A DNA stretch of 64,000 nucleotides from Podarcis vaucheri (taxonomy: Eukaryota): the NCBI GenBank assembly GCA_965113315.1, contig OZ220363.1. One strand, given 5' to 3'. A program made the translations under genes and the position numbers. The notes below the pieces were generated by a model that was not told where the DNA came from, did no database searches, and was given only the letters and a program-made list of their open reading frames with translations. Below are positions 62,300 to 64,000 of the stretch, one piece after another; within the stretch, counting starts at the first letter, position 1, and each line of letters starts with the position of its first letter.

Positions 62300-62750
62300 A
62301 TGCACACCTGTGTTCCATATTTCGGCCTCCTTGTTTTGCCATACAGAACTATGTCATTGGGGGACAGTGGTATGTTTAAATTCAGGGAGGGTAACCAGTC
62401 AGTAATGAAATGAATCATGTCCCCCCCCCAAACACACACTTCCTGGTTCTCCAGTAGGCCTCGTAGACAATTTCCCCACCTCCTATCCCTGTCCGTTTGT
62501 TCCTCCAGCTTTATAGCTAAATCTTCAGTAATTTGTAAGAGCTGGATCTCAGACAGGTTGGTTAGAGGAGCAAGACTGTGCGCATCATTTGCTGTTTTAG
62601 GAATATCTGACAGCATATCAAAGTTCTGCTCAAGTGGAGCTAGAGCTGTTCCCCAGTCCAAGGCCAGTATTCCTCCGAGTCGCTGTCCTCCTCCATTGTG
62701 GTAGATACTGACCTGCGTTTGGGGACCTTCATATTGCTTTTGGCCATGCA
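62300..62750 (-). mobile_element. decayed L1 ORF1 fragment
   Basis: coiled-coil then KLEEQTDRDRRWGNCLRGLLEN, resembling the L1 ORF1 LEDLENRxRRxNLRIxGLPE motif. Confidence 0.6.
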
Positions 62751-63042
62751 TCCTCTGAAGCCTCAGGCAGAGCTCTATTTCTTCCTGAAGAACTAACCTT
62801 GCTGTATAAAACTTTTTGTTTAGATGCCAATAGGATCCACTTTGCTTAGATTTTGTCCCAGGGAGGTTGGAGAGACAGAATTATGCCACTTGCCATACAG
62901 AATTAACGTGAACAATTTAAAATTGAGTACAGCTTACTTTCATAGTACGACCTTAGATGACTTATTTAATAACAGTACTTTCGTTTATCTGTGATGTTTT
63001 TATATGTTTAATGTTCTGTGTCTCTTTTTTTTCCATTAACAG

Positions 63043-63180
63043 GTGATTTGACTGATGCCAAAACAAAAGATAAACTTGGGTCTGATCAGTTTGAGGTGGA
63101 ATGGCAAACTTACCAGACAATCTTAAAAAGATCTAAAGTCATGGAAAAAACCAAATGGATAGACATCAAAGGGAATCATG
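63043..63180 (+). CDS. TMEM62: TMEM62 exon 3 (138 nt; GD and GNH motifs)
   Basis: [46 protein letters not shown]; cag acceptor, gtaaga donor. Confidence 0.94.
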
Positions 63181-63462
63181 GTAAGAAAGATGTGAGACTC
63201 TAGAGGTGGGATTCTCATTTATTCTCCACATGTGAAGGGTGGTAGGAAGATGCGGGTTACTCATTCTTTTGCTCCAGGAAGTCTTAATCCTCATCTCAAC
63301 TGGAAGAGTAACCACCAATTTTAGTCCCCAATTTTGTTCTCCTCCATCGGCAGTGGCCTTGAACAATTCTTCTGAATATGGTCAAATATTCTTCTGAATA
63401 TGATCAAACATTGTCATAGAAGTATTATTCTTTTTTAGAAATTGTGTTTATCATATTTACCA

Positions 63463-63465
<3 letters not shown>

Positions 63466-63507
<42 letters not shown>
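63466..63507. repeat. (TA)n microsatellite
   Basis: about 20 TA units. Confidence 0.95.
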
Positions 63508-63510
<3 letters not shown>

Positions 63511-64000
63511 AGTAAGACCTGTTTGTTGTCAGTCCTGGAAAAAGTCTTTCTGGAATATTTCTGTGGGTCCATTTGTAGTATGTTATCTTTGGCACTGGCC
63601 AGCCCCCAAGTTCTTCTGCAGTTCTTTGGCCTGTTCTTTCTGAAAAAAATAGAATCTGGAACCTGGACAGTGTCAGCAACTCCCAGAGACCCAAAGAGAT
63701 GGCAACACAAATTGTATCTTTATGTGTACTTGAATTGCATGCCTCATGCCTCTTTGGCTGGAAAGCAGGATAAAATATAATTATAAAATAAATGAAATCA
63801 ATTAGTTTTTGGTTTTGTTCTATAGCAATTTAGGCATTATCCAGTGCCCCATTATCTATAATTATTATTCCAAAATAAAGGCTGTCTCAGCATATGCATT
63901 GTAGAGCAAATCTTGCTGTCCTGGTCAAACTGGAATTAAAGCTTTGATAGCTCCCTGGATATCCAGCTGCAATCTCAAGATTCATACTACACTGGGCTTG

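Noticed and set aside
63200-63750. Decayed L1 ORF2 on the minus strand (GGWPVPKITYY, LHMWR)
   Set aside because: Only two short motif resemblances; too weak to annotate without an alignment

Overview
Vertebrate genomic DNA, very likely a squamate (lacertid-like lizard, inferred from Sauria/Squam SINEs, CR1, L2 and Penelope repeats). Minus strand: coding exons 1-43 of UBR1 (N-degron E3 ubiquitin ligase; ATG at 50926). All 43 exons have GT-AG boundaries and consistent phases, giving 4772 nt or 1590 codons; the remaining 3' exons lie left of the window. Plus strand: exons 1-3 of TMEM62, head-to-head with UBR1, with an apparent GC-AG first intron. Between the two CpG-island promoters is a nested transposon block: a 5'-truncated L1 with a fully open 1287-aa ORF2 and no ORF1, inside a hAT-like MITE that is itself inside another MITE. 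Introns carry SINEs, LINE remnants, Tc1/mariner MITEs and a solo LTR. Best candidates for follow-up: an in-frame 18-nt microexon (KISFFQ) in UBR1 intron 13; the ORF1-less intact L1 ORF2 with an upstream splice-acceptor-like signal facing the TMEM62 promoter; an inverted MITE pair bracketing UBR1 exons 12-15; and the TMEM62 GC donor. I found no evidence of a wholly new multi-gene system. Coordinates were counted by hand, and gene and repeat names come from recognition, not database searches.
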